From an uncultured Gammaproteobacteria bacterium (lineage in GTDB: Bacteria > Patescibacteriota > Microgenomatia > CAZETR01 > Amesbacteraceae): DNA of 64,000 nt. Shown one piece after another: positions 8,773-22,000 of this stretch (its first letter is position 1; each line of letters starts with the position of its first letter). The notes under the pieces are model-generated. The model was not told the origin of the DNA and did no database searches. It worked only from the letters and a program-made list of their open reading frames with translations. Both the position numbers and the translations under genes were made by a program. The stretch is from positions 669,404 to 733,403 of the forward strand of contig CAZFGX010000001.1 of NCBI GenBank assembly GCA_964518565.1, read 5' to 3'.

Positions 8773-10286
8773 ATCATTTGCCGATACTGCAACGCTTCAG
8801 CCAAATGACGAGCCAGTATCTGCTCAGAATCAGCCAAATCAGCAATAGTTCTCGCTACTTTAATAATCCGAAAATAGCTTCTAGCTGACAAATCAAATCG
8901 TTCTACCGCCAATCTCATCACCCCTTCCCCTTCAGGATCCAGCTTACAATATCGTTTTACCTGTTTATTTTTCATTTGCGAATTTGTATACATTCCATCA
9001 GATTCGAGCCTATGTTGCTGGATATTTCTACATTGGACAACCTGTTTTCTGATCTGTCCAGAATTAATCTGCTCCACTCCAGCCGCACCAGTCAGCTTCT
9101 CCACCTCCACCACACTTACATTAATATGCAAATCAATCCGGTCCAGTATTGGACCAGACAATCGGGCTCTATACTTAGCAATTTGCTTAGGAGAACAAAT
9201 GCACGCTCGCTTAGGATGCCCTAAATAGCCACACGGGCATGGATTCACAGCTGCCAAAAGCGTAAAACTAGCCGGATAACTCACATGAGCCGTAGCTCGG
9301 ACTATGCCTACAACCCCATCTTCCATTGGTTGCCTCAATGATTCCAAGACCGATCTGCCAAATTCTGGCATCTCATCCAAAAATAATACTCCCAAGTGAG
9401 CCAAGCTTACCTCACCAGGCATAGGATTGGATCCACCACCTATCATGCCTGCCGCGGATACTCCATGATGTGGACTACGATATGGCCGTCTTCGCACCAC
9501 AGATTCTCCCGGCTGCAGCAATCCAGATACTGAATATATTCGTGTTACCTCTAATGCTTCAGAGACTGAAAGTGGAGGCAAAATTCCCGGCATCGCTCGT
9601 GCCAACATCGTCTTTCCTGTACCCGGCGGCCCCCACAACAGCAAGTTGTGCCCACCTGCTGCCGCAATAGTCAGTGCCCGTTTGGCTTGTTCCTGACCAA
9701 TCACCTCTGCCAAATCAAATTCTATATGTGCATCTTCCACTAGCTCTTCTACTGCCAGACTTCGTAGCTGTTCCACAGATTTCACACCATTCAAATGATC
9801 TACCAGCTCCCCTAATTGTCGTATAGGATATACCGCGACACCTTTTACAATCGTTGCCTCATTCGCAGATTCAATGGGCACAAAAATAGCTCTCGACTTG
9901 GCAAACAAAGCTACCAACAGCACTCCCTTGGTAGCTCGGACTCCACCGTCTAAGCCTAATTCACCATAAAATATTCTCTCCTCAATACTCGCCACCGGTA
10001 TCTGGCCACTAGCTGCCAAGATGCCCACCGCTATCGCCAAATCATAAGCTCCGCCGTCCTTGGGCAAATCAGCGGGTGCTAGGTTCACAGTAATTTTCTT
10101 TGGTGGAAAGTCTAGACCAGAATTCCCGATCGCCGTCTTCACTCGCTCTCGAGCTTCTTCTACTGCCTTACCTGCCAATCCCACAATAGTAAATCCTGGA
10201 AATCCTTGATCTGCCACATCTACCTCCACCACAACCCCCACACTCTCCAGTCCCACATGTGCCACACTGTGGACTTTTACCAACAT
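8769..10286 (-). CDS. comM: Mg-chelatase-like AAA+ ATPase ComM/YifB
   Basis: N-terminal Lon-like domain, Walker A GPPGTGKT, Walker B LFLDE, and a C-terminal YifB-type region. Confidence 0.9.
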   Translation of the reverse strand: MLVKVHSVAHVGLESVGVVVEVDVADQGFPGFTIVGLAGKAVEEARERVKTAIGNSGLDFPPKKITVNLAPADLPKDGGAYDLAIAVGILAASGQIPVASIEERIFYGELGLDGGVRATKGVLLVALFAKSRAIFVPIESANEATIVKGVAVYPIRQLGELVDHLNGVKSVEQLRSLAVEELVEDAHIEFDLAEVIGQEQAKRALTIAAAGGHNLLLWGPPGTGKTMLARAMPGILPPLSVSEALEVTRIYSVSGLLQPGESVVRRRPYRSPHHGVSAAGMIGGGSNPMPGEVSLAHLGVLFLDEMPEFGRSVLESLRQPMEDGVVGIVRATAHVSYPASFTLLAAVNPCPCGYLGHPKRACICSPKQIAKYRARLSGPILDRIDLHINVSVVEVEKLTGAAGVEQINSGQIRKQVVQCRNIQQHRLESDGMYTNSQMKNKQVKRYCKLDPEGEGVMRLAVERFDLSARSYFRIIKVARTIADLADSEQILARHLAEALQYRQMI

Positions 10287-10310
10287 AATTTATGCTAACA
10301 CAACACACCT

Positions 10311-11102
10311 CTAAATCACCCAATACTTTCCGTCTCGTTCTTCAATTTGTCCCAACAATTGTAACTGCATCAATTCATAACTTAGTACATCAATTGGCTT
10401 TTCAACTAATCGACACAATTCATCAATTGTTAATGGTTCATTTTGTAACAAACTATATAAATCAGTAGATTTAATGTATCGATATTTTTTCATTTGCGGC
10501 ATCCAAAGTTTTGCCTGTCCGGTCGCAATCAAAGAATTGGTTCCCAAAGAAACAGCACTAGTAATCGGACCCGGCACAGCCCAAATTTCCTTGCCCATTT
10601 TTTTGGCAATTTCTACTGTTCCCAATGACCCAGATTTGACCCCTGCTTCGATGACATATACTCGCTGACAAAGTGCTGCCACAATTCGGTTGCGCAAAGG
10701 AAAAGTCCACAGTGCTCCTTTCTGTTTTTTCCACTCCGAAAAGATCAGTCCATCGGCTGCCAAAATAGCTCTTCCCAAATCATCGATTTGTTCATCAATT
10801 CCCCACCCCAAAACTGCAATAGTTTTTCCGCCCACGGTCAGACAAATCTCATGTGCGGTTCGATCCACTCCGTACATAAATCCGGACACAATTGTCCACC
10901 CGTCAGCGACCAACTGTGGCACCAAAATTTCCACCGCTCGTCTGCCGTATTGGGTCATCTGCCTGCTGCCAATAACTGCAGCCATTCGGGGTGGCATTTC
11001 ACCTTGCCAATTACCCAAATACCATAGCTCTTTCACAATCGGTTTCACATCTGCCAACCACCTCTCCAACACCCCCTGATCTAGTTGCCCAGCAGTTAGC
11101 AT
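10311..11102 (-). CDS. dprA: DNA processing protein DprA/Smf
   Basis: AVIGSRQMTQYGRR ... SGFMYGVDRTAH ... LGWGID is the DprA Rossmann core, with a C-terminal winged-helix tail. Confidence 0.9.
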   Translation of the reverse strand: MLTAGQLDQGVLERWLADVKPIVKELWYLGNWQGEMPPRMAAVIGSRQMTQYGRRAVEILVPQLVADGWTIVSGFMYGVDRTAHEICLTVGGKTIAVLGWGIDEQIDDLGRAILAADGLIFSEWKKQKGALWTFPLRNRIVAALCQRVYVIEAGVKSGSLGTVEIAKKMGKEIWAVPGPITSAVSLGTNSLIATGQAKLWMPQMKKYRYIKSTDLYSLLQNEPLTIDELCRLVEKPIDVLSYELMQLQLLGQIEERDGKYWVI

Positions 11103-11165
11103 ATATCAATATTAATTATATTGACTTTCTATGTGAAGTATGGGCACAATAGATACATAGTTAGA

Positions 11166-11220
11166 ACTTGTAAAAACTGGTAAAAACAGCTTCAAAAAAT
11201 TGTAAAAAGTTGTCAAAACC
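11166..11220 (+). repeat. phased array of T(T)GTAAAAA / TTGTCAAAA motifs upstream of the HTH-TM-Cache gene
   Basis: Copies start at 11168, 11178, 11200 and 11210 (about 10-11 bp phasing). The same motif, reverse-complemented, forms a longer array at 38097-38170. Confidence 0.6.
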
Positions 11221-11234
11221 AGCCCTGCCAAAAA

Positions 11235-13070
11235 ATGCCCAAAACATTCACCGTCAAAGAAGTCGCTGATGCCTTGGGTTTTTCGACCAATACCGTCTAC
11301 AAATACCTAGACGAAGGCAAGATAAAAGCTACCCGTTTAGGGTCAGAAGGTCGCTTCAAAATCCCAGCTTCTGAAGTAGAAAGATTACTAGGAAAACCCA
11401 AGACGGTTCAGGTCATAAATCAACCCGTCCAAACAGTCACAGTCGTAGAAGAAACTGCCGAAAGTTTGATCCGCGAAAAGCCCGCCTCATCCCCAGAACT
11501 TTTTGATTGGCTCCTCTCCCTAACTGCAGTGTTTACAGGCATCTCCCAACTGACCAGTCCAATCAAAAATTTTGCCCTAGCTTCAGATCAATTTCGCACT
11601 CTGTTTTCTATCGCAAATATTGACCTAATTTTGGCAGGTGGATCACTGTTTGCCCTGGACATGTTTTCCCCAAAAAAAACTCGCATATTTTCACTGATCG
11701 CACGCATTCCTCTTGCTGCCACTTTTGGCTATTTAAGCTACCTCCATTTCGTCACCAAAGACATGTGGCAAGCCAGTTATTTTTTTGTACTCAGTCTATT
11801 TACGTTTGCGTCATGTGTATGGCCGGAAAAACACTTTGAAACAAAGTGTTCTCTATTCATGTTTTCTCTTATTAGCATCACGGCAATCGCCTATAGTCGC
11901 AACCCTCAACCGTTTATTTTTTCCGACCCACGCTATGAAATTTCCAACAACCCCAATGGCTTTGTTATGGGAGTGCTTGCCGTCAGCGCCATCATCACCG
12001 CCATTCTGATTTTTGCCAAAAATCGCAGTCGAGTCCTATACCCCATCTTTACTACTTTGACCGGTTGCATCTTTTTGGTTTTGACCATCAGCTATATCGC
12101 TACTGGCGACTTAGCCAAAACCATTATTTGTTTATTCACTGGCTGCTTTGCCCTGATACTTCCACTCACCAACCAAATCGAGTCTTTCTCTCACTATACC
12201 AAACGCCAACTTGCAATTGGATTCATTTGGATCGTTGCTGCCATCGCTCTGGGAGTTGTCGGGGTTCAAGTCACCAAGGCTACCACTGGTTCTCTCGCTA
12301 TCAAAAATGCAAAAGACAAAACCGACTCTACAGCCAAAGTAGCCGACCGCAGTATCTCTGATGCTTCACTGAATGTGATTCGTGCTGCCTCAGATGACCG
12401 ACTCGATTCTCTTCCTATATCCGAAGCCTCTGAAACGACCCTACTGGAAATGTCCAAAAGTATCTATTTCACATCTTCACTTACTCGTCGAGTCTTTTTT
12501 GCCGACCAAGATGGGAACACGTTTGGTGTTTATCCCCCAATCAACTCCAATATCCGTTCAGTAGCTACGCGTGACTTCTTCCAACAAACCAAATCAACTC
12601 GCAAAACCGTAGTCTCAGATGTAATCCAACCCCAAGTAGCCCTTCCAGCCACCGTTTATATCTCCACTCCAATCATTTCTGAAGCCAATGAATTTCGCGG
12701 CACGATCACCATAGCTATTGATCCACAACTACTTCAGGATCGATTGACACTCATGACTCAAGCCGAAAACAGTCGGATTCTCATCACAGATGTCAAAGGT
12801 GATTATTTATTTGGCCAAGAGGTTCTCTCAAAAGAATCAGCCAAAAATCAAAACTCAATTGTATTCGATAATTCAAAAAATCTAGCCGTGCAAACCAAGT
12901 CAAAAGCCGAAGCTCTAGGCTGGAATATTACTCTAGTTCAACCATATGACGAGGTATTCAAAGAATCCACAGCCATCTCATCTTTCATCTTTTTTGTGAG
13001 CGCAGTCCTTGGTATTGGCGCTCTGCTTATAAACACCCACTTACCTCACACACAAAAAGACCATGAATAA
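11235..13070 (+). CDS. membrane protein with an N-terminal excisionase/MerR-type HTH, about nine TM helices, a Cache-like extracytoplasmic domain and a final TM helix
   Basis: FTVKEVADALGFSTNTVYKYLDEGKIKATRLGSEGRFKIPASEVERLL is an HTH_17-like domain. Multiple hydrophobic helices follow. FFADQDGNTFGVYPP...RDFF...VVSDVIQP...TVYISTPII...GTITIAIDPQLL is a Cache-like region. The stop overlaps the giant gene start by 8 nt. Confidence 0.75.
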   Translation: MPKTFTVKEVADALGFSTNTVYKYLDEGKIKATRLGSEGRFKIPASEVERLLGKPKTVQVINQPVQTVTVVEETAESLIREKPASSPELFDWLLSLTAVFTGISQLTSPIKNFALASDQFRTLFSIANIDLILAGGSLFALDMFSPKKTRIFSLIARIPLAATFGYLSYLHFVTKDMWQASYFFVLSLFTFASCVWPEKHFETKCSLFMFSLISITAIAYSRNPQPFIFSDPRYEISNNPNGFVMGVLAVSAIITAILIFAKNRSRVLYPIFTTLTGCIFLVLTISYIATGDLAKTIICLFTGCFALILPLTNQIESFSHYTKRQLAIGFIWIVAAIALGVVGVQVTKATTGSLAIKNAKDKTDSTAKVADRSISDASLNVIRAASDDRLDSLPISEASETTLLEMSKSIYFTSSLTRRVFFADQDGNTFGVYPPINSNIRSVATRDFFQQTKSTRKTVVSDVIQPQVALPATVYISTPIISEANEFRGTITIAIDPQLLQDRLTLMTQAENSRILITDVKGDYLFGQEVLSKESAKNQNSIVFDNSKNLAVQTKSKAEALGWNITLVQPYDEVFKESTAISSFIFFVSAVLGIGALLINTHLPHTQKDHE

Positions 13071-16000
13071 ACGCGGTATTTCACCCATCATCATCTTGCT
13101 CGTCATTGGCCTTGCTACTACTGTCACCTTTGGCACAGCCACGCTTGTTCGCCATTATTCAAACCCGTTCGCCAAAGCCAATCTCCAGCTCAATCTCAAA
13201 AACAGTCCAGACGTAATTGATGCCAGCAAACTAGCTGGAGCTGTACTCCAAAGCCCAGTCGTAGGCATTACCCAATTGGAATCTGGCAAATACACCGCGT
13301 TCCAAATCCAAGATGCCGATATCCAAAATATAGACAACACCCCAACGCTATCTCTCAGTGCCCGACTACTTTCACTTTCCAACGACCCAATATCTCTGAG
13401 TGGCCCAAACAAAATCGACTACATCGAACTCAAAAATCATAAAACTTCCAATGCGAAGGTTGTGATCCCTGGTATCGTCCAAGTCAAAACCAAATCCGGC
13501 GACATCATAAACGTTCTCCTTTCCCAGGCCAAAATTCGCAACGGCCAAATCATCGATGCCTTTTATGGCCAGGTCGTAGATTCAGCCCATTTAATCGCTG
13601 GTGTAGGTGAAATCTCCGGCAATCTTACCTACCCAGCTGTCGAAATCGGTGGCCAACCTGCCAATTCAGGCATTTCGTCACTAGTCAGACAAGCCATGCG
13701 GGTTGTACCTTCACTTTCACTAGATTCCCGACCAATTTCAATCTCCCAAACCCAAGGTACAGTTGTACTGGGTGCAACTACGGACATGCTCCAAAGTCTA
13801 AATCTAGATTTCTCTGCTCCATACGATGCTGTCTTCGATGAAAAGTCTGGCACTTGGACTTTGCCTGGTCAATCTGGCGTATCAATTTCTACCATTGCCA
13901 CAGACCGCCAAGTAGCCAAGGCAATTGAAGACAAAATTAGTTCAGGTGATTTAGTGCTACCTACAGCCACAAATGGCATTACCGAAATCAAATCAGCCAA
14001 CGACAAGCTTACAGTGACCACTAACGAATCGCTAGTTACTCTAAGACTATCACTCGTAAACAGTATCGACTCTGATAGTATTATTGACGGTTCCATCACC
14101 AATTCTGATATCTATTCCGGAGCAAATATTGGCGATAGTAAGCTAGATCAAATCAAATCAGCCAACAAAGTGGCTGGCTCAGCCATCCAACTCTCTACCA
14201 CTGGTGGACTAGAAAATAATTCTGGACTATCCCTACTTACCTCATGTTCAATTAACCAAGTTCTCAAATGGGATGGGTCGGACTGGATTTGTGCTACCCA
14301 ATCTGGTGGTGGTGGCAGTAGTATAGATATTCAAGAAAACGACAGCACAATTACCAGTGCCGCAGCTTTTCTGGATTTTCTGGGTTCAGACTTCACCGTC
14401 ACCAACTCTCCGAGCGGTGAAGCAAATGTAGCTATCGATTACACAAATTCAGCCATCACTCGCTCCAATCAAAATGAAACTATCTCCGGTACTTGGACCT
14501 TTTCTAGCACACCCACCATCACCAATCTTCCCAATTCAGCTTTAGCCAACTCTGGTATTACTGTCACCGCGGGTACAGGCCTATCTGGCGGCGGAGCAGT
14601 CTCCCTCGGCGGTTCAGTCACCTTGTCTTCTACCCTCGGCACAGCCATCGATTCCTCTGAAATCACTAACGACACAATAGTCAATGCCGACATCAATTCA
14701 GCAGCCGCAATAGACTTCACAAAACTCGCCAGTCTGACTGCTGGGTATATCTTGCTCGGAAACTCTTCAAACGTAGTTACCGCCACCGCTCTTAGTGGCG
14801 ATATCACCATAGATAGTTCCGGTGTCACTACCATCGGCGCGGACAAAGTCGCCCTGGGTACCGATACTACCGGCAACTACGTTGCTGGCGCCACCACAAA
14901 TGGCGGTCTGGCACTCACTGGCACCGAAGCTGGCACACTCGGCCTCATCACTTCTTGTAGCGACAACCAAGTGCTCAAATATACAGCGGCCGGCGGTTGG
15001 GCATGTGCCAACGATACCACTGGTGGTGGATCAGGAAATTCATTCGAAACTATTTCCACTGCCTCTGGCACTTCCCCAGTCGCTGATTCCTCTACAGATA
15101 CGTTGTCGCTTACTGCTGGTTCAGGAATCACAATTGTAGGCGATGCCTCAAACGACAGTATCGCTATTGCGGCAACGCTAGGCAACACTATCGATTCTTC
15201 AGAAATCACCAATGACACCATCGTCAATGCCGATATCAACTCTGCTGCCGCCATCGACTTCTCAAAGTTAGGTGCACTCACAGCTGGGAACATTCTTTTG
15301 GGTAACAGTTCAAACGTCGCCACCTCCACTGCCATGTCAGGTGATATTACGATCGACAGTTCTGGCGTCACCACCATCGGCGCAGACAAAGTGGCTCTGG
15401 CCACCGACACTACTGGCAACTATGTCGCCACTGTCACTGGCAATTCTCAAATCTCAGTGTCTGGATCTGGTTCAGAAAATGCTGGCGTTTCTCTTTCCAT
15501 CGCCGCTGATAGTATTGGTGATTCACAGCTCGCCTTCAATACCGGCCAAAACCTGACCACTTCCTCCACGCCAACATTTAGCGCGCTAACACTAAACGGC
15601 AATCTGACTCTAGCCAATGCAGAAACCTTATCCAATGGTACCGACGGTCAAATTACTTTTGGTCGAAATGATGCTGGCACAGTCACACTGACTGCCGCTG
15701 ACAATGACTCCACCGCAGCACTGACTATCTTGCCCGGCGGCGCCGCAGGATTGACTCTCGGCGGATCGTCTACCACGGCTATCACCATAACCACCGATGG
15801 CACTGGTGACAGTGAAGTCGTTCTACCTGCAAATTCCGTAGGTAATTCAGAATTGGTAAATTCTAGTATTACCATCAATTCCGCTGGCATCCTCTCTGGT
15901 GGCGCCTCAGTATCTCTCGGTGGAAATATCACCCTCACCGCCACAGAAGCAGACACGCTCAACACCGTTGCGGGGCGTGGTGCATCTACTGCCACTGCAT

Positions 16001-19000
16001 TGACCCTCTCCTCCACCTCAAATGCCATCACCGCCGGCACACTAACCATCAATGGCGACACGTTTACTGATTTAACCGGTACCGGCTTGACCATTTCTGG
16101 CGGCGCTCTGCAAACTACACTTGGCACAGCAATTGATAGTTCCGAAATTACCGACGATACAATTACCGCCTCAGATCTAGCTGCCACACTCACATTCGCC
16201 GACGGTGATCTTTTAGATCTTTCCAATATCAACAACTCTTCTACATCTGAAGGCTTAAAACTCCCCCAAGCTACCGCTTGTACTTCAGCTACTGCTAACG
16301 GTCAAATTTGTTGGGACAACGACACCTTTGTTCTATATGTTGGCAACGGTACAACCGCCAGCTCCATCTCAAACCCCTTTGGTGTCAGTATCGACAGTAG
16401 CGAAATTACCAACGACTCCATCGTCAACGCTGACATCAACTCATCTGCAGCCATCGACTTCTCAAAATTAGCTACTCTAACTGCTGGAAATGTTTTACTC
16501 GGCAATAGTTCAAACGTCGCCACCTCCACTGCTCTTTCCGGCGATGTCACAGTCGACAGTTCCGGTGTGACCACTATTGGTGCAGACAAAGTCGCCCTGG
16601 CCACCGACACTACTGGCAACTATGTTGCTACCGTGACGGGAAACTCCCAAATCTCCGTCTCTGGTTCTGGTTCAGAAAACGCAGGCGTATCACTCAGTAT
16701 CGCTGCAGACAGTATTGGCGATTCTCAACTGGCATTCAATACTGGCCAAAATTTGACCACCGCCTCTTCTCCATCATTTGCTAGCCAAACACTTTCAAAC
16801 ACTACCAACCAACTCGTTCTCGGTACGACCAACACTACGACCATTTCCAGCACTGCACCAAGTACATCCAGAACCTACACCATTCCAGACTTTGGTTCCA
16901 ACGATTCTTTTGTTGGTTTAGCCGCTACTCAGACTCTAACCAATAAAACCATTTCCGGTTCATCAAACACACTGAGTAACATTGGCAATTCTTCACTCAC
17001 CAACTCATCCATCACCATAAACACTAGCGGCATTCTTACTGGTGGCGCCTCCGTCTCACTCGGCGGCAACATTACTCTCACAGCTACTGAAGCAGACACA
17101 CTAGCCACAGTTACAGGTCGCGGCGCTTCCACCTCGACAACACTTTCTCTTGCTGCTTTCACCGCATCTGACACTTTCACTCAAACCTATACTCCAGCCG
17201 GCACAGTAGCATCTCCCCGCGGCGTCATTCTGACTCCTACGTTTGGCATCGACGCTACAGATCAAACCTTAGCTGCTCTCTATATCAATCCCAACACCAA
17301 CTCCAACTCAGATTCTGGCGACTCCCTCAACGGAATAAATATCGCCGCCATTACAGCTTCATCCGCCAATGAAACCGCCATTCTTATTGGCTCTGCCGGT
17401 GGTGGCTCTACTGGCTGGAACAATATATTGGCCGTCAACAGCAGTGTCATCATCAATGGTTCAGGTGTTCTACAATCTGCAGCTCTTTCCGGCACATATA
17501 GCAATGCTCTCACCTTGTCTTCAACCTCAAATGCCATTACTGCTGGTACAGTTACCGTCAACTCCGACGCTATCACCGACTTTACTGGTACTGGACTCCA
17601 GATGAACAGTGGTTCACTCGAAACCACGTTGGGCACAGACATTACCAATTCAGAAATCAACGCCTCCGCTGCCATCGATTTTTCAAAGCTTGCGACCCTC
17701 ACAGCTGGCAACGTCTTGCTCGGCAATGCTTCCAACATCGCCACCTCTACTACCTTGTCTGGCGATATCACTGTAGACAATTCCGGTGTTACTACTATTG
17801 GTGCAGACAAAGTGGCTCTAGGAACAGATACCACCGGCAACTATGTTTCTTCAGCCACCACAAACAAAGGTTTAACTCTATCTGGCACCGAAGGTGGTTC
17901 ACTGGGACTCCAAAACTGTGCTGACAACGAAATCCTCAAATATTCCACTGGCACTTCTACTTGGAGCTGTGCTTCAGATGCCACAGGCGGCACTATCAAT
18001 TCTTTTGAAACTATCACCACTACCTCAGGCACTTCCCCAGTAGCCGATTCTTCTACAGACACTCTTACTCTTACAGCTGGCACTGGTATCACTGTCACTG
18101 GCGATTCTTCTACTGACACTATTACACTCGCCGCCACTCTTGGCACTGCAATTGATTCTTCAGAAATCACCAACGACACCATCGTCAATGCAGATATCAA
18201 CTCGGCTGCTGCCATCGACTTCTCCAAACTCGCCGCGTTAACAGCAGGCAATATTCTTCTTGGAAACGGTTCCAATGTCGCTACATCCACCACTCTGTCT
18301 GGTGATATTACGATCGACAGCTCTGGCGTCACCACCATCGGTGCCAACACTGTTGCATTAGCTACAGATACTACTGGCAACTACGTTGCCACAATTACCG
18401 GCAACTCTCAAATCTCCGTCTCTGGTTCTGGTTCAGAAAACGCAGGTGTATCACTCAGCATTGCTGCCGATTCCATTGGTGATTCTCAACTAGCTTTCGA
18501 TACTGGTCAAAATCTGACCTCCACTTCCACTCCTACATTTGGCGCCTTAACTCTAAATGGCAGTCTTACTCTGGCCAACTCGGAAACTATTGCAAACTCT
18601 ACCAACTCTCAATTCACTTTTGGCCGCAACGATGCCGGTACAGTCACATTGACGGCTGCAGACAATGATGCCACTGCCGCACTTAGTATTCTCCCTGGTG
18701 GCGCAGCCGCTCTGACACTGGGTGGATCTTCCACTACAGCCGTTACTTTGACAACTGACAATACCGGCGATGCAGAAGTAGTTCTACCAGCCAACTCAAT
18801 AGGCAATTCAGAATTAGTCAATTCCAGTATTACGATCAACTCTGCCGGCATTCTCACCGGCGGCGCCTCAGTCTCACTCGGTGGCAATATCACCCTCACT
18901 GCGACAGAAGCAGACACGTTAGACGCAGTTGCTGGCCGAGGCGCCTCTACTTCCACAGCCCTAACTTTATCCTCCACATCAAATGCCATCACAGCTGGCA

Positions 19001-22000
19001 CACTTACTATTTCCGGAGATGCCTTCACTGATTTAACAGGCACCGGGTTGACTATCTCTGGCGGTGCTCTTCAAACAACACTAGGTACTGCCATCGATAG
19101 CTCTGAAATTACCGACAACACCATCACTGCTTCAGATCTCAATGCCACATTGACCTTTGCAGACAGCGATCTACTAGATCTTTCCAGTATCAACAACTCC
19201 TCTGCCAGTGAGGGGTTGTTATTACCCCAAGCCACTGCTTGTACTTCAGCTACCGCCAATGGTCAAATTTGTTGGGACAACGACACATTTGTGTTGTACG
19301 TTGGTAACGGCACCACAGCCACCTCAATTTCAAATCCTTTTGGCGCCAGCATTGATTCATCTGAAATTACCAACGACACCATCGTCAATGCCGACATCAA
19401 TTCCGCTGCTGCCATCGATTTCTCCAAACTTGCGACCCTCACAGCTGGCAACGTCTTGCTCGGCAATGCTTCCAACATCGCCACCTCTACTACCCTTTCC
19501 GGAGACGTAACCGTCGACAGTTCTGGTGTGACAACTATTGGTGCAGATAAAGTCGCCCTGACAACAGACACCACCGGTAACTACGTCGCTTCAGTCACCA
19601 ACGGCAACGGTATCACCGGTGGCAATGGTGGTTCCGAAGGCGCAGCTCTGACTCTCGCCGTCGACCAAACCTACGCCTTTACCTGGACTGGTCTCCAAAC
19701 CCACACCAACACCATTACCGACGACGGTAGTCAATCAATTTTCAATCTGACGCTTGGCAACGACGCCAATACCGATACCGTTTCCGCCATCAAAGTAGCT
19801 GCTACCTCCGCCGCCACCGGTGACGCTGATACCATCTACGGCCTAGATATTGCCAATCTTGCTTCAGCAAACGCTACTGTTGCCGAACAGGCTATCCATA
19901 TCGGTTCTGGTTGGGACAATATCTTTGATATCAACGGCACACTTATTTCAGCCACTGAAATTGGCTTGCTTGATGGTCTATCTGGCACAATTCTGACTTC
20001 TGGCAACTACTCTTCCACTCTGGACAGTGTCTACGTCAACGTCGGTGAATCTCCCGCTGCTGGAGATATCACTGGCTCATTCTCCGGCGGTTTAACTATC
20101 GGTTCAGACTCAGTCGCCTTAGCCACTGACACTACCGGTAATTATGTCGCCACAGTTACTGGCAACTCTCAGATTTCTGTTTCAGGATCTGGTTCCGAAA
20201 ATGCCGGCGTTTCACTCTCAGTAGCTGCGGACAGTATCGGCGATTCCCAACTTGCCTTTGATACTGGTCAAAATCTGACTTCCACCTCCACTCCAACCTT
20301 TGGCTCATTAACTCTCAACGGCTCCCTTACCCTGGCCAACTCAGAAACTATTGCCAATAGCACAAATTCCCAATTTACTTTCGGCCGCAACGATGCCGGT
20401 ACAGTTACTCTGACCGCTGCCGACAATGATGCTACTGCTGCTCTGAGTATCTTGCCTGGCGGAGCAGCTGCATTTACTCTCGGCGGAGCTTCCACTACTG
20501 CCATAACTCTCACTACCGACAGCACAGGTGACAGTGAAGTAGTCTTACCAGCCAACTCAATCGGTAATTCAGAATTAGTGAATTCTAGTATCACCATAAA
20601 TTCTGCCGGCATCCTCACTGGCGGTGCATCTGTATCCCTCGGTGGAAATATCACACTCACTGCCACTGAAGCCGACACTCTAAATTCAGTCGCCGGTCGC
20701 GGTGCATCTACTGCCACAGCTTTAACACTTTCCTCTACTTCAAATGCTATTACTGCTGGAACGCTTACAATCAACAGTGACGCGTTTACAGATCTGACAG
20801 GCACTGGTCTGACAATCTCAGGTGGAGCACTGCAAACCACACTCGGAACTGCTATCGATAGTTCTGAAATTACCGACGATACAATCACCGCCTCTGATCT
20901 AAACGCTACCTTAACATTCGCAGACGGTGATCTAATCGATCTTTCCTCAATCAATAACTCCTCCACCACCGAAGGTCTAAAACTTCCCCAAGCCACTGCC
21001 TGTACTTCAGCCACCGCCAATGGACAAATTTGTTGGGACAACGATACATTTGTGTTGTATGTCGGCAATGGTACTACTGCTACCTCCATCTCCAATCCAT
21101 TTGGCGCTAGTATAGATTCTTCAGAAATCACCAACGACACCATAGTCAACGCGGACATCAATTCTGCCGCTGCAATAGACTTCTCCAAACTAGCCGCTCT
21201 TTCTTCTGGAAACATCCTCGTCGGTTCAGTGGGCAACGTCGCCACCTCAGTCGCCATGTCTGGAGACGTCACTATAGATAATGCCGGCGCCACAACTATT
21301 GGTGCCGACAAAGTGGCACTAACAACTGATACTACCGGCAACTATGTCGCTTCAGTTACCAACGGCACAGGTATTACAGGTGGCAACGGTGGTTCAGAAG
21401 GTGCTGCTCTAACCTTGGCAGTAGACCAATCAACAGCATTTACTTGGACCGGTCTCCAAACTCATACCAATACAATCACAGACGACGGATCTCAATCTAC
21501 CTTCAACCTCACCCTTGGCAATGATGCAAATACCGACACCATTTCTGCCATCAAAGTCGCCGCCACTTCGGCTGCCACTGGCGACATCGATACAGTCTAC
21601 GGACTCGATATCGCCAACCTAGCTTCCGCCAATGGTACTGTCTTAGAACAAGCCATTCATATCGGCACAGGTTGGGACAATATCTTTGATCTAAACGGCA
21701 CACTTATTTCTGCCACTGAACTAGGTCTTTTGGACGGTCTATCAGGTACACTACTTACGTCAGCCAATTACACGTCCACTCTCGACAGTGTCTATGTCAA
21801 TGTCGGCGAATCACCTGCCGCAGGCGACATTGCCGGTTCCTTCTCTGGCGGCCTAACGGTCGGCGCTGATTCCGTTGCTCTAGCTACAGATACTACTGGA
21901 AACTATGTCGCCACTATCACTGGCGATTCTCAAGTTTCAGTCTCTGGTTCTGGATCTGAAAATGCTGGCGTATCTATCTCCATAGCTGCAAATAGCATCG

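Noticed and set aside
11225-11242. Shared CTGCCAAAAA(A)TGCCCAA start context of the two HTH genes as a special SD-less initiation signal.
   Set aside because: Several housekeeping genes here (secE, nusG, rplK, rplA) also lack an SD, so the absence of an SD is not special. The 17-nt identity is better explained by paralogy of the two N-termini.
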